Origin: Methanosarcinales archaeon
GTDB lineage: Archaea; Halobacteriota; Methanosarcinia; Methanosarcinales; Methanogasteraceae
Assembly: GCA_004211975.1 (NCBI GenBank)
Contig: RXIK01000113.1
Location: 1-61,295 of the forward strand
DNA length: 61,295 bases
Direction: 5' to 3'
The notes beneath the pieces are model-generated. The model did not search any database. It was not told the DNA's origin and saw only the letters and a list, made by a program, of their open reading frames with translations. The position numbers and the translations under genes are program-made. Each line of letters opens with the position of its first letter. Within the stretch, counting starts at the first letter, position 1. Shown here piece after piece: positions 10,101 to 17,986 of the stretch.

Positions 10101-10843
10101 TCGAAGTGTGTGTGCAGATCAGATCCGACTGTAAGTTCACCTATTGAGAGCTCAGGAAGCAGCGCGGGAAGTTCCGCATCTTCACAGCTCCAGATGATCA
10201 CATCTCCAGCTGTAAGGGGGTGATCCTCTGACACATTAGTCCATCCATCTGATTTGGAATCGTACAGATGCACAACAGGGCTTTTGATACCGTCGATTCC
10301 GGTTACATTTCCTCCACTCGATTCAAATGCCTGGTTTAGCATCCCACATGCAATCTCTGTGGCATTCATGAGTATGAAATCTGATCCTCGGTTCAGAAAC
10401 AGTGGCTGGTAGTGGATTGTTTCGTCCGAATCGAGGATCAGCACAACAGCATCCACGGATTTGAATGTGATGTTGTGAATCAAGTTCAGTTGATCTGCAT
10501 CAGAGACTGTGTACGTGGAGATGTTTGTGGTTCCGGCATCCCTATTTATAGAATCAAACTGTAGCACATCCCCCGAACAAATATCTGATCTGTTGAGAAC
10601 GAGTTTGTAATGGTTGTGACTGGTATCTGCATCCCACGTTCTGCTCGTGTTCAGGTTCGTAATCCCCACAGTGAAATTGCCGCAGACAATCCCGTTTTCA
10701 TAAACTGCCGATCCTGCGATAAGAAAAGGTATTGGAGGTGCGGGCGCGAACAACGGTTGTGCTGCTACGAGCGCAATAGCAATTGTGCACAGCAGAACAA
10801 CAGGGAGTACACGGGAAGTTCTTCGTATCCTTGCAACCATCAT
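4133..10843 (-). CDS. Giant (2236 aa) C-terminally anchored multidomain surface protein
   Basis: Signal/TM. Domain order read from the translation: ~90-aa NYY beta-sandwich; CARDB; NosD-like right-handed beta-helix (..YIGNYWDSW..DYYPL); CARDB-like; alpha/alpha toroid (HQNEDGGWS, QQPDGSFNY); four tandem CARDB (each ending E.NN); Ig-like; PQQ-like beta-propeller; CARDB; G/P-rich linker; TM plus basic tail (ILAILILLGLLVQGIRKERGRYRRYVK). GAGGT lies 8 nt upstream of the ATG at 10843. Confidence 0.85.
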   Translation of the reverse strand: MMVARIRRTSRVLPVVLLCTIAIALVAAQPLFAPAPPIPFLIAGSAVYENGIVCGNFTVGITNLNTSRTWDADTSHNHYKLVLNRSDICSGDVLQFDSINRDAGTTNISTYTVSDADQLNLIHNITFKSVDAVVLILDSDETIHYQPLFLNRGSDFILMNATEIACGMLNQAFESSGGNVTGIDGIKSPVVHLYDSKSDGWTNVSEDHPLTAGDVIIWSCEDAELPALLPELSIGELTVGSDLHTHFETTVGTTVMNRGATISGGFCVVLVDNGEVIDLRTLPSLSPMEEATVSFDWVTEDAGDHTIRIEIDYDNQVDEWYEDNNILSGDVVVGETLVIRVPDDYTTIQWAVDNSTTYTVIHVDEGDYESRLTITNRDHLKILGSGEDTRIIAHGSPAGRARPNLIGIVGSSNIELDGFVVRVDSSYGSQFPEGWRAINITESEKISLTNLLLTHASWADSSSLIRIEGSTDCLIADNFMSGSLSPPSWGFRFATPGVLITSESDDNTIYNNMICDCCYTIKVQGNNNTIYANGLFFAEAGDSPENTFAIDTGQNNHWNASSPLSYRHNNTTFVNYIGNYWDSWTGADPDDDDDDGILDVPHNISNNTSDYYPLCKPYAEEYYLTIKSITLPQRAYAGVKDRVTAVISQNSQRITDITVNLTVNNEMIESRRIKLLKSKQKTLEFVRKPEGTGICEVSLVASINDSVVLFQTERSITTEIHELPYKRRGHVAVALKFLQAKQTPSSGSIGPFSTSAWAVLAIAAAREDPRERKLYGRSLADYLAAYPLLPYNDFVIATFEDCARTLLAISVLGDIDPTNFGNVNYLTMVKSYHDGVQFGDPVSVNDDALGILALTACGDRSAAERINKSRGYIVSHQNEDGGWSRIIENHNNGNTNETDDILDGNTTNGNTTDGNTTSGNTTNGNAIFEVTSNLRTTAFIIQALVAAGEPPDSNITIDALEFLRRNIGHDGNLSDAVTTACAVQAIIAMGENPLEWRNTSINDSVTPIDYLMSLQQPDGSFNYTTNQSFFPRYTTAKVVPALATCPCPPRITDIDSYPMPDISPTGKIEVPDTIYVNTSCTVHGTLRCDGGMFNVSLLEDGVSTSVTTVRSIWYDPEISDIPFSLEWVPSSDGFVNITVFVDSDGRVDERYEENNNLTREVYVSLPDLAIADVVLPDSIYVNVTNLINANVSGITDEHFNVSFVADGVEVDRRMVAGIRSSTNLSYEWRPGAKGNHNISIVADPDGEVREVCETNNAATLDCMVILPDLVPVCLTPDVAFVRARNNITVTIDGTAEEFNVSLVENGAVVANATNITCYGQTSVNLTYKPTSLGNHTVTAVIDSDGGILETEETNNNLSSVINVTRTDLVPIRILPDIMYLNKTNRIIIPVTGTAEGFNATLIAYARDMPGGMITVRDGTGNATNTTNVTNLAIINATDLDTYNDGNLTIWWQPDFQGWHNLTVVVDPDNNVNETNESNNNHTGEAFVANEIQLELVSPRIGEICGGIHPIKWKALHDKNLTIDLLYSSNYGIEWTMLASNLTCDPRLTANLTENLIKGGNATNATDATNAANASNTTNLTHAVNYNGVYLWDTTNHTDGEYLIRITARWYILRGVYTSNTVIVLNGDAASGGLGGNARYFDCDTPDEPHLAWVSEDIFAGGSTSIVVADDTVFVYCTGNEGFSSSDYTYMVALNATNGEMLWATEIAPAEYGSWSSPAYHNGSIFIASGMHVYRIAGRTGRILWDYTFSDCCANCNAGPSISGGRVYVTSFYRSLHTDPSMTCPESSEGNLFCLDVETGGELWNTSTYLPPIRHLGTPTPKYGRIYYGRGGDLYCLTLDGAVVWNTSLKHDVYSAPVIVDGVVYASTYEFGMGFGGFNCLDAFNGSILWNYPVQRTDSTPAYFAPGDSDKKYIYVVGGCSGFSGSGVYCFNATNGSLIWGSEKVGSWTNSPAVSRDAKVFVGVSAGNFNYNGLKCLDAYNGTELWSSPYGGSSPYIAYGRIYTIGGNRLYAFGGRDQPDLVVTAASAGGGVVHATIKNIGTGGTNESFRVALRQWGRVIDEHTVDALDAGESVAVTLSLHGACGNLEVYADSGGDIPERDEYNNMMGVTVPCDDGGGGEPPGNDPPGNSETSPNTQVRQGIGPRGSGYLGKYFDFGDGTDKDATEAGIEAVINETETTSGMKQKAKGYPMGTELKTGGAGGGYVSYTMAILAILILLGLLVQGIRKERGRYRRYVK
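8067..8141 (-). repeat. 5 x 15-nt imperfect in-frame tandem repeat encoding (G-N-T-T-x)n sequon tract
   Basis: gtgtttcc(a/g)t(t/c).gt. units. Protein reads DGNTTNGNTTDGNTTSGNTTNGN inside the giant protein. Confidence 0.9.
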
Positions 10844-10961
10844 CAATCATACCTCAACAATCAGATCATTATGATTCTAAACAAATCTACCTTATGTTAA
10901 ATGTTATGAGTGTGTCTGTGCTTCTGACATGTCCATCCGTCTAACTGGTGCATCGATAGCT

Positions 10962-12206
10962 TCACATAACCGCAATTGCAATGATTGCGACAACCGCAAT
11001 AACAACGATTCCAACAATTGCGGCGAGTGACTTTTTCCAATTCCTCTCTTCCACTGGTGCGACCGCTTCGGCGTCAGTCCTGCCTTCAGTCTCGCGTCCG
11101 GCAGATTCCGGATGCGCTGTGGTGAGTGAGATCACTTTGACAATCCCGCCCATGATTGAGGCTATCACGACTATGACGATCCCTGCGATCGGTGTTAGAA
11201 TCGGTGATGGAGTCGATTTTGGTTCTGTTCGAAACTTTGTTACATGCCCTGGTTCCTGTGTGGCTACCACTGCTGGCGTTGCAACTTCGAGAGGTGTTGT
11301 TGCAGGCGTTACTGCAGGTGCTGCCCTCGGAGCTGGTGTCGGTGTTGGTGGCGATGTCGGTGTTGGTGTTACACCCCACCCGGGTGGGTATGTTCCGTCT
11401 CTGCTACTACGTCTGTGTGAGACGCTCGTCGTGGTCGTGGTGCTCGACAGTGCGGCGATGATTGTGAAAGCGGCGTCACTCACACCCTCACCGGCATTCC
11501 CTGCCGCATCATGCGCAATCACCTTCACCAGGCACGTGCCCGATGCAGTGTTCGGAATTGTCCAGTTATACGCCCCGCTGTCTGATATTCCGGTTGTTAT
11601 CATCTGGTATGTGGCTCCACCATCCGTGGAGTACGCGATATCAACAGAGGTCACGCCAACGTTGTCAGTTGCGGTCCATCTAATCTCCTCGGCTGTTCCT
11701 GCCTTCCAGTTCTCCCCGCCATCCGGCGAGTTGACCGTAACTACGGGTTCTGAGACCGCGAAATTCCGGACGGTGTGTGGAATCGGTTTTACCTCAGGAG
11801 AGTCCTCTACGATCTCAATTACGCCAATACCTATCTCGCCCTGATCATCATCATTGATTTGTAGCTTGAGGATGGCATAATCAATCAGACCACTTAGACC
11901 CGGGTTGTTTATCTGAAATGCTTGTGTGCGTAATACATTTTTGCCGTCACCCAGGTCGACACGGTTGTAATCAAAATAATCAAAGCTCTCACCAACCACA
12001 TCCGTTATATCAACGAGATTGGAATCGTACGTAAGATTCAGATCACACACGCCGACGTTTGTGACGTTGTCGATTGTGAGTATGTACTCGCCATCGTCGT
12101 TTCTGACGTATATCTCGCAGCAGTACGCGGGAATTGCGAGCAGCAGTATGACAAGAACAATCTTTGCCAGCTTGAGGGTCGCCTTCTTCGGTCTCTTTAG
12201 TTTCAT
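10962..12206 (-). CDS. Membrane-anchored cohesin protein (cohesin, Ig-like, Pro/Thr linker, two C-terminal TM helices)
   Basis: Signal peptide. Cohesin-like module (CDLNLTYDSNLVDITDV..). Ig-like domain (VTVNSPDGGENWKAGTAEEIRWTATD..). PT-rich linker (TPTPTSPPTPTPAP). Two hydrophobic helices at the C-terminus. Confidence 0.75.
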   Translation of the reverse strand: MKLKRPKKATLKLAKIVLVILLLAIPAYCCEIYVRNDDGEYILTIDNVTNVGVCDLNLTYDSNLVDITDVVGESFDYFDYNRVDLGDGKNVLRTQAFQINNPGLSGLIDYAILKLQINDDDQGEIGIGVIEIVEDSPEVKPIPHTVRNFAVSEPVVTVNSPDGGENWKAGTAEEIRWTATDNVGVTSVDIAYSTDGGATYQMITTGISDSGAYNWTIPNTASGTCLVKVIAHDAAGNAGEGVSDAAFTIIAALSSTTTTTSVSHRRSSRDGTYPPGWGVTPTPTSPPTPTPAPRAAPAVTPATTPLEVATPAVVATQEPGHVTKFRTEPKSTPSPILTPIAGIVIVVIASIMGGIVKVISLTTAHPESAGRETEGRTDAEAVAPVEERNWKKSLAAIVGIVVIAVVAIIAIAVM

Positions 12207-12364
12207 GGTCTCATCCTATCTTATCTGTGGGGCAGGGTTACTCAGGGATATCCGGACAATTCATCATAGATATTCAATTTAATCTAACAAATCTCCACCA
12301 CACTTAAGCATTTCGGTTTGGTGAAGACCAAGTTAAATAGAAAAAAGGGTGATCTGCCATCACC

Positions 12365-14083
12365 CTATTTTAGTTCCTCGTATCCACTGATTCCAACAAC
12401 ATGCTTTGCCAGATACATGGCATCGGCTGATGTTATCTTGTCGTCGCCATTGACATCCGCGGTCTCTTTGTATATCTTCTCGAATCCTTCAATTCCAAGC
12501 ACATGTTTCGCAAGATACATGGCGTCATGAATATCCACCGCGCAATCAGAATTGACATCGCCGTTTAAGAATGTGATATACGTCCCGTTCCTCACCGTAT
12601 ACAGCATCCTCTTACCCTCGGGAGTCGCATCCTTAAACGTCGTGACACTCAGATTCAATGGGGATATGCTGCCACCGTCGCCGACAGGTTCGAGCGTAAC
12701 ATTCGCAAAAATTATGTCTCCAGGGAGTCCCGGGTTATTTGCCTGGTATGCGCCGATGCGCACGAATCCCTCGCCTATGTGCTCGAGATTTGCCACGTTA
12801 TCATCGAAATTACCGCCTGTTACGTCTGTGACATTCACAACCGATGAGTTGAACGTGAGCGTGATATCACACGCACCGATATTTACGGCGTTCTCGATTG
12901 TAATTGGCAGAGTCACGACACCGGTACCATTGCCGATGCTGATTATGGCTTCACCGGTTCCGATAACCTGAATCGCCTCGGTGTTGTTGTAGACTAACGA
13001 GTTCACGCCATCATCCATCGTGATATTCACCCGATACGTGCCACCCCTGACAATGACTCCATCATCGTCCGTGCCAGTCCACACTCGCGGGTTCGGATCC
13101 GTTACCTCGGTACATATAAACAGCGATTTCACAACGCCACCATCTACGTTCTCGATTCTGATCGAAGCCTCCACAGCCTCTGAGAACTCGACATCGATTG
13201 TGGTGTAGTCCTCAACCCAGTCTCCATCCGGCGAGATCGTGGTGTTTGAAATCGTGTATGTGGTGAGGTATGGTTCAGGATCTGTGGGATCAGTTGCCAA
13301 CTGAACGATTACGCTCACAGCCACTGTCTTTGTTCCGCCGTTTGAACTCACAGTTACCGTTCCGCTGTGAGCACCACCGGATAGTCCGGTCGTATCAGCA
13401 GTCACCTTGACAGTACCTGCGTCTGACCCGCTCGCCGGGCTAACAGCAATCCACGCCTGGTCGCTCGTGACGTTCCAGTCCAGCGTTCCTGCACCGGAGT
13501 TTGTTATCTCAAATGTGAATGTCTGTGTCTGTGTATTGCCCGTCCGAATACTTCCGAAGTCATGCGATGCCGGGTTGACGCCGAGAATCGGACCTGTAGC
13601 CTCACCAGTGACCGTGAATACGCCATCAATGTCGGTTCGCGGTTCTATCTGAGCGTTGGCTGTATCGATCAGAGCACCGGTTGTAATGTCAAGTACGCTC
13701 TCTTCTCCCGGATTACCATCCACCCTCAATGTGACGGTTGCAAGCAATACGTCCGCACCGGTTACATCCGCATCTATGCTGAGAGGACCTATAACCACCT
13801 TGCCGGTTTTGTTGCTGGCTATAACGCTCATATCCATCCCGAACTCAGGATTGGTCTCTTCGCCAACCACCATAACGATATCAGGATCATATCTAAGGGT
13901 TACCGTGAACCCCCGCAGATGTTCCACATCATGGCATCTGATCTCGGCAGTGGTCGTGAGACCGGGATCTGCCGAAGCGTTCGCGATAATTATTGTTGGT
14001 TCTGCAGATGCGGCAGGGATCATGCCGAGCAGGCATATCACAATTCCTATTGTTGCAAGCAACATTTTATGTATATTATTCAT
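12365..14083 (-). CDS. Adaptor scaffoldin: cohesin, Ig/BACON-like, FlgD-Ig-like, cohesin, dockerin
   Basis: Start moved to MNNIHKMLLATIG (signal peptide), which removes the overlap with 14100..15185. Two cohesin modules. C-terminal duplicated calcium-loop dockerin (GDVNSDCAVDIHDAMYLAKHVLG / ADVNGDDKITSADAMYLAKHVVG). Confidence 0.8.
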   Translation of the reverse strand: MNNIHKMLLATIGIVICLLGMIPAASAEPTIIIANASADPGLTTTAEIRCHDVEHLRGFTVTLRYDPDIVMVVGEETNPEFGMDMSVIASNKTGKVVIGPLSIDADVTGADVLLATVTLRVDGNPGEESVLDITTGALIDTANAQIEPRTDIDGVFTVTGEATGPILGVNPASHDFGSIRTGNTQTQTFTFEITNSGAGTLDWNVTSDQAWIAVSPASGSDAGTVKVTADTTGLSGGAHSGTVTVSSNGGTKTVAVSVIVQLATDPTDPEPYLTTYTISNTTISPDGDWVEDYTTIDVEFSEAVEASIRIENVDGGVVKSLFICTEVTDPNPRVWTGTDDDGVIVRGGTYRVNITMDDGVNSLVYNNTEAIQVIGTGEAIISIGNGTGVVTLPITIENAVNIGACDITLTFNSSVVNVTDVTGGNFDDNVANLEHIGEGFVRIGAYQANNPGLPGDIIFANVTLEPVGDGGSISPLNLSVTTFKDATPEGKRMLYTVRNGTYITFLNGDVNSDCAVDIHDAMYLAKHVLGIEGFEKIYKETADVNGDDKITSADAMYLAKHVVGISGYEELK

Positions 14084-14099
14084 TTTTTGTGTCACCTCG

Positions 14100-15185
14100 T
14101 TATACTCCGGGATAGAGATCCGGATAGTCGGGATCGCCATACGAATACTTGATTAGATGCATCACGTCCTGAAAAGCGCCTGCCGTACCTATTGTACCAT
14201 CACCATTGCAATCGGGATTGTCAAATATCTCAGGATAGTCAGGATCACCATACGAATACTTGATTAGATGTATCGCGTCCTGAAAAGCGCCTGCCGTACC
14301 TGTTATACCATCGCCGTTGATGTCCCCGCTCATTGGGTCTCCAGACTCTGCACCGTAATTCTCAAACGGCTCCATCAGAGGATAATGGTATTTTTCTATA
14401 CTACCACCGAATGGTACATACCGCTCAGCTCCAATACCATCACCTTTGTCCTCACCGACATAGTCATCCCAGTAGTTGCCCATGTAACTGGTGTAGGTAG
14501 TATCCTTATACGTATAGGTCATCTGAACCGGGGAACTCCATTCGTTCCGGGTGCTATAGGCGAAGACGTGGCCCTTGGCATCGTGATTGTTGATGAAGTT
14601 ATTCAGATATACAATGTTGTTAGAACTATCCTTATCATAGAGACTTAACTTATCCATGTTAGAGATCGTGTTCCGCCTCAGGATGCTTCCGGTACTGCCA
14701 CTAGTAAACCAGACTCCTTCGTCGCATCGATCAATGAGATTGTCCTCAATGATCGTTCCTTCTATATCTTCCGGGAGGTTGTCGGTTCCGACAGATACTC
14801 CGAACGCGGTACTGCCGGTGTGGGTGATCGTGAAGCCCCGCAGGACTACGCCTGAAGCCAGGATGTGGACCGCATCGTTACTGTGATGCGCAACTCCGGA
14901 AACACCTCCGGCATCGATGACGGGCTGACCAACACCCTCCAGTGTCAGTCTCTTCTCGACTTTGAGCCTTTCGTTGTAGGTTCCGGCATAGACCTTGATT
15001 GTGTCCCCGTCGCCGGACTCGTTTATCGCATCACCGATTCTCGTATAGTCGGCATCCGGGTACTCAGCCCCATTATCGTCCACATGCCATGTCTCTGCTG
15101 CCACTGGCAGCGCAATCACAAGCATAGCGACAATAGCTATGCCTGCGAGCGTTATAATTCGTTTCGTTCGAGTTTTTCTGTTCAT
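14100..15185 (-). CDS. Secreted NosD-like right-handed beta-helix protein with an atypical duplicated dockerin-like tail
   Basis: Signal peptide. AETWHVDD..GDTIKVYAGTYNERLKV..LTLEG; beta-helix rungs; YMGNYWDDYVGEDKGDGIG..YHYPL. Tail is two copies of (D/C)(I)NGDG(I/T)(T/I)GTAGAFQD.(I/M)HLIKYSYGDPDYP. Confidence 0.75.
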   Translation of the reverse strand: MNRKTRTKRIITLAGIAIVAMLVIALPVAAETWHVDDNGAEYPDADYTRIGDAINESGDGDTIKVYAGTYNERLKVEKRLTLEGVGQPVIDAGGVSGVAHHSNDAVHILASGVVLRGFTITHTGSTAFGVSVGTDNLPEDIEGTIIEDNLIDRCDEGVWFTSGSTGSILRRNTISNMDKLSLYDKDSSNNIVYLNNFINNHDAKGHVFAYSTRNEWSSPVQMTYTYKDTTYTSYMGNYWDDYVGEDKGDGIGAERYVPFGGSIEKYHYPLMEPFENYGAESGDPMSGDINGDGITGTAGAFQDAIHLIKYSYGDPDYPEIFDNPDCNGDGTIGTAGAFQDVMHLIKYSYGDPDYPDLYPGV

Positions 15186-15217
15186 TGTTACCTCCTCTAT
15201 GTTCTTCTAAGTTTTCG

Positions 15218-16159
15218 TTACCGATTGGCTGCCTCATAAAGGATCATCAGTGCGTCCAGTGAGGTGACCTGATCGTCTCTATTCACATCGGCTATCTGCG
15301 AGTATTCACCCTCAACTGCCATCTGTAAGGTGAGAAGGGCGTCTTCCGATGTGATTTCACAATCTCCGTTGAGATCTCCGGGCAGACTTCCAATGGTGAT
15401 ATTGAATAGACGGGATCCACCATTTCGAACGTCCTCAGGAGTCACGGTGTATTTTGCACTCGCTGACCCGTCGCCGTGCAGGGCACTGAATCGCATCGTT
15501 TCGCAACAATCGATGTCAGTGCCTGCGGTGAGCAGGAGCCAGTAGTAATTGCAACCATCATTGGTTGTTGCCTGCCACTGCACACCGCTCTGATTGGACA
15601 TGCTCACAATGGGACCATTACACTCGCTCCCGTCTCCGTGGAACACAAAACCTGATACTAAAAACGGCTTTGGTGCCGCAGAACCCGCAACAACAAATGC
15701 ACCATCGATATCGGTTCGCGGTTCTATCTGATCGTTGGCTGTATCGATCAGAGCATCGGTCGTGATGTTCAGTACGCCCACGTCTCCAGGATTACCATCC
15801 GCCCTCAATGTGACGGTTGCAAGCCAGACGTCATCGCCAGTTACATCCGCATCTATGCTGAGAGGACCCAGAACCACATCGCCGGTTTTGTTGTTGGATA
15901 TAACGCTCATATCCATCCCGAACTCAGGATTGGTCTCTTCGCCAACCACCATGACGACATCGGGATCGTATCCAAGGGTTATCGTGAACCCCAGCAGATG
16001 TTCCACATTATGGCATCTGATCTCGGCAGTGGTCGTGAGACCGGGGTCTGCCGAAGCGTTCGCGATAATTATTGTTGGTTCTGCAGATGCGGCAGGGAGC
16101 GTGCCAGGCAGGCATACCGCAATTACAACTGTTACAAACAATACTTGACATATTTTCAA
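15218..16159 (-). CDS. Cohesin, NYY beta-sandwich, dockerin protein
   Basis: TTG start with AGGAGGT 7 nt upstream. Signal peptide. Cohesin about 88-90% nt-identical to the N-terminal cohesin of 12365..14083. PFLVSGFVF..CNGP..NYYWLLL module. Dockerin GDLNGDCEITSEDALLTLQM../ADVNRDDQVTSLDALMIL. Confidence 0.8.
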   Translation of the reverse strand: MKICQVLFVTVVIAVCLPGTLPAASAEPTIIIANASADPGLTTTAEIRCHNVEHLLGFTITLGYDPDVVMVVGEETNPEFGMDMSVISNNKTGDVVLGPLSIDADVTGDDVWLATVTLRADGNPGDVGVLNITTDALIDTANDQIEPRTDIDGAFVVAGSAAPKPFLVSGFVFHGDGSECNGPIVSMSNQSGVQWQATTNDGCNYYWLLLTAGTDIDCCETMRFSALHGDGSASAKYTVTPEDVRNGGSRLFNITIGSLPGDLNGDCEITSEDALLTLQMAVEGEYSQIADVNRDDQVTSLDALMILYEAANR

Positions 16160-16186
16160 TTGTTTTACCTCCTTTCTGTTATTTCA

Positions 16187-16855
16187 TCACATCAGTTTCT
16201 CGTACCCGCTAATTCCGATCAGATGCTTCGCGAGATACATTGCATCGTGCGACGTGACCTCGCCGTCGCCATTCACATCCGCGGCTTCCGGGACGATCTC
16301 CTCAAATCCGGTAACTCCAAGCAGATGCTGCATCAGATAAATGGCATCATGCATGTCCACCCTGCGATCGGAATCAGCATCGCCGTTTAAGAATATGGTA
16401 CACGTCCCGTCCCCGGTGACCTGCGGCACTATCTCGTAGCCCGGGTCAATGAGTGTTGCGTCCGCAACACAGAGAGTGCTCACAGAACCCGCATCTCCGG
16501 TTGCAGTCAGCTTGAGGTTGGCAGGGACTGCATCGCCGCTCTGCCCGGTTATGTTGATTGCGTTCATGCGCACCCATCCGGACTCGTTATTGATCATGTG
16601 TGTGAGAAGCTCCATATTTCCTGAGATAACATCGGTTACATGGACGACCGAAGCATCGTACGTGACATTGATGTCGCATCCGCCCAGTCCTGTTGCGTTT
16701 GTTATTTGAACCGGTACCGTCACCGTGCCGCCGGATTCAAGAGCGCAGTTAACAATCTCCACGCAGACGGTTGTGGCTGTGGCTCCGGCAGGTGCCAGCG
16801 AGATCAGGAGCAGCATGACAACACCCGGAACTACCAGTTGTCTCCATTCGGTCAT
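16187..16855 (-). CDS. Minimal cohesin-dockerin protein
   Basis: Signal peptide. One cohesin (GGCDINVTYDASVVHVTDV). Dockerin (GDADSDRRVDMHDAIYLMQHLLG / ADVNGDGEVTSHDAMYLAKHLIG). Confidence 0.8.
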   Translation of the reverse strand: MTEWRQLVVPGVVMLLLISLAPAGATATTVCVEIVNCALESGGTVTVPVQITNATGLGGCDINVTYDASVVHVTDVISGNMELLTHMINNESGWVRMNAINITGQSGDAVPANLKLTATGDAGSVSTLCVADATLIDPGYEIVPQVTGDGTCTIFLNGDADSDRRVDMHDAIYLMQHLLGVTGFEEIVPEAADVNGDGEVTSHDAMYLAKHLIGISGYEKLM

Positions 16856-16884
16856 GAAACCAAAAAATGAAGGAGGATGACTGA

Positions 16885-17928
16885 CTATGGCGCATCCTCC
16901 ATGCCTGCCGCATACCTTGCTATGTACAGCACATCAAGCAGGTTCATCATGCCATCGCCCGCAGGGCTGCCGGACGTGCCAACAACATCTCCAACAAGTA
17001 GTATATCCTGCGAACCGGGATCCGGCTCAGCACCTGTGATATAGCCGGAGATGCGCATCGCATCCTGCATGTCAATCCTGTTGTCCCGGCAAACATCACC
17101 CCGTCTCAGAACGGTCAGCGTGATTGCAGCCGTGGTGTTGCTGTTTCCTGCGCCGTCGGTCGCGTTGATCGTCAACTGGTGGGTCTGGTTAACACCCATG
17201 GTTGCACTCGTGGAAACCTTCCAGATATCAGTTCCGGAAACGTGTTCCATCAGTTGGACCGGGGATCCGCCAACAGGCGAGAGATCGATTGTGACGCCTG
17301 AAACGCCACTGTCATCATCATTCACCATAACGTTTATCAGTGTTACGTTGGTTCCTTGCGATCTGGCTCTGTCATTGTCGTTTAATATCGTATCCCGACT
17401 TGCGCCTGTTACTGCAATCATCGGTGGCTCCATGTCAAGCAGTTTCTCGACTGTGAGCGTCCCGTTTGTTACAGTGTAGTTGATCGAATCATAGTTCACA
17501 TCAACGAGCTGATCGACTATGATGTCAAGCGGGCTTGTGTCGCCGTTGCTTCCCACAGCGGTCAGGTTGATGTATGCAGCGACCACGTCGTTATCCGGTC
17601 CGGTTACATCGATTGTGTTTGCATGCATACAGCCGGTTCCGTTGTTGATCGTGTATCTAAGAAGCGTCATGTCACCCGGGGTGATGTTCACTACATGGAC
17701 AACCGAGGCGTCATACCTGATTCTGATGTCGCACCCACCCAGGTCTGTTACGTTGCTCACCATGATCGGCAGAGTTGCGTTTTCTCCCGGTGCAATAGTG
17801 AGATCATCAATTGTTACTGTTGCGTTTTTAGCGGTGGCGGTAGCGGACGTGCCAAACACGACAAGCATGACAAGCATGCATAGCGCAATTCCGGCTGCTA
17901 CAGACCGTTTTTTCTGTATATCTCTCAT
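16885..17928 (-). CDS. Cohesin, Ig-like, variant dockerin protein
   Basis: Signal peptide. Cohesin (GGCDIRIRYDASVVHVVNI). Ig-like module EPPMIAVTGASRDTILNDNDRAR...TINATDGAGNSN. Variant dockerin RGDVCRDNRIDMQDAMRISGYITG ... MMNLLDVLYIARYAAG. Confidence 0.75.
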   Translation of the reverse strand: MRDIQKKRSVAAGIALCMLVMLVVFGTSATATAKNATVTIDDLTIAPGENATLPIMVSNVTDLGGCDIRIRYDASVVHVVNITPGDMTLLRYTINNGTGCMHANTIDVTGPDNDVVAAYINLTAVGSNGDTSPLDIIVDQLVDVNYDSINYTVTNGTLTVEKLLDMEPPMIAVTGASRDTILNDNDRARSQGTNVTLINVMVNDDDSGVSGVTIDLSPVGGSPVQLMEHVSGTDIWKVSTSATMGVNQTHQLTINATDGAGNSNTTAAITLTVLRRGDVCRDNRIDMQDAMRISGYITGAEPDPGSQDILLVGDVVGTSGSPAGDGMMNLLDVLYIARYAAGMEDAP

Positions 17929-17986
17929 TGTAATCGTCTCCTGTCTTCTACAGTTTCAAAAAAATAAGGTGATTATGGTAATCACC

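Noticed and set aside
10981-11844. Long antisense ORFs throughout the island and core. Examples: 10981..11844 +, 13562..14152 +, 18039..18736 +, 22958..23530 +, 30327..31007 +, 45855..46670 +, 50641..51549 +, 52967..53554 +.
   Set aside because: They are shadow frames of well-supported minus-strand genes. They are low-complexity, Ser/Thr/Val/Pro-rich, and have no signal, RBS or domain signature.
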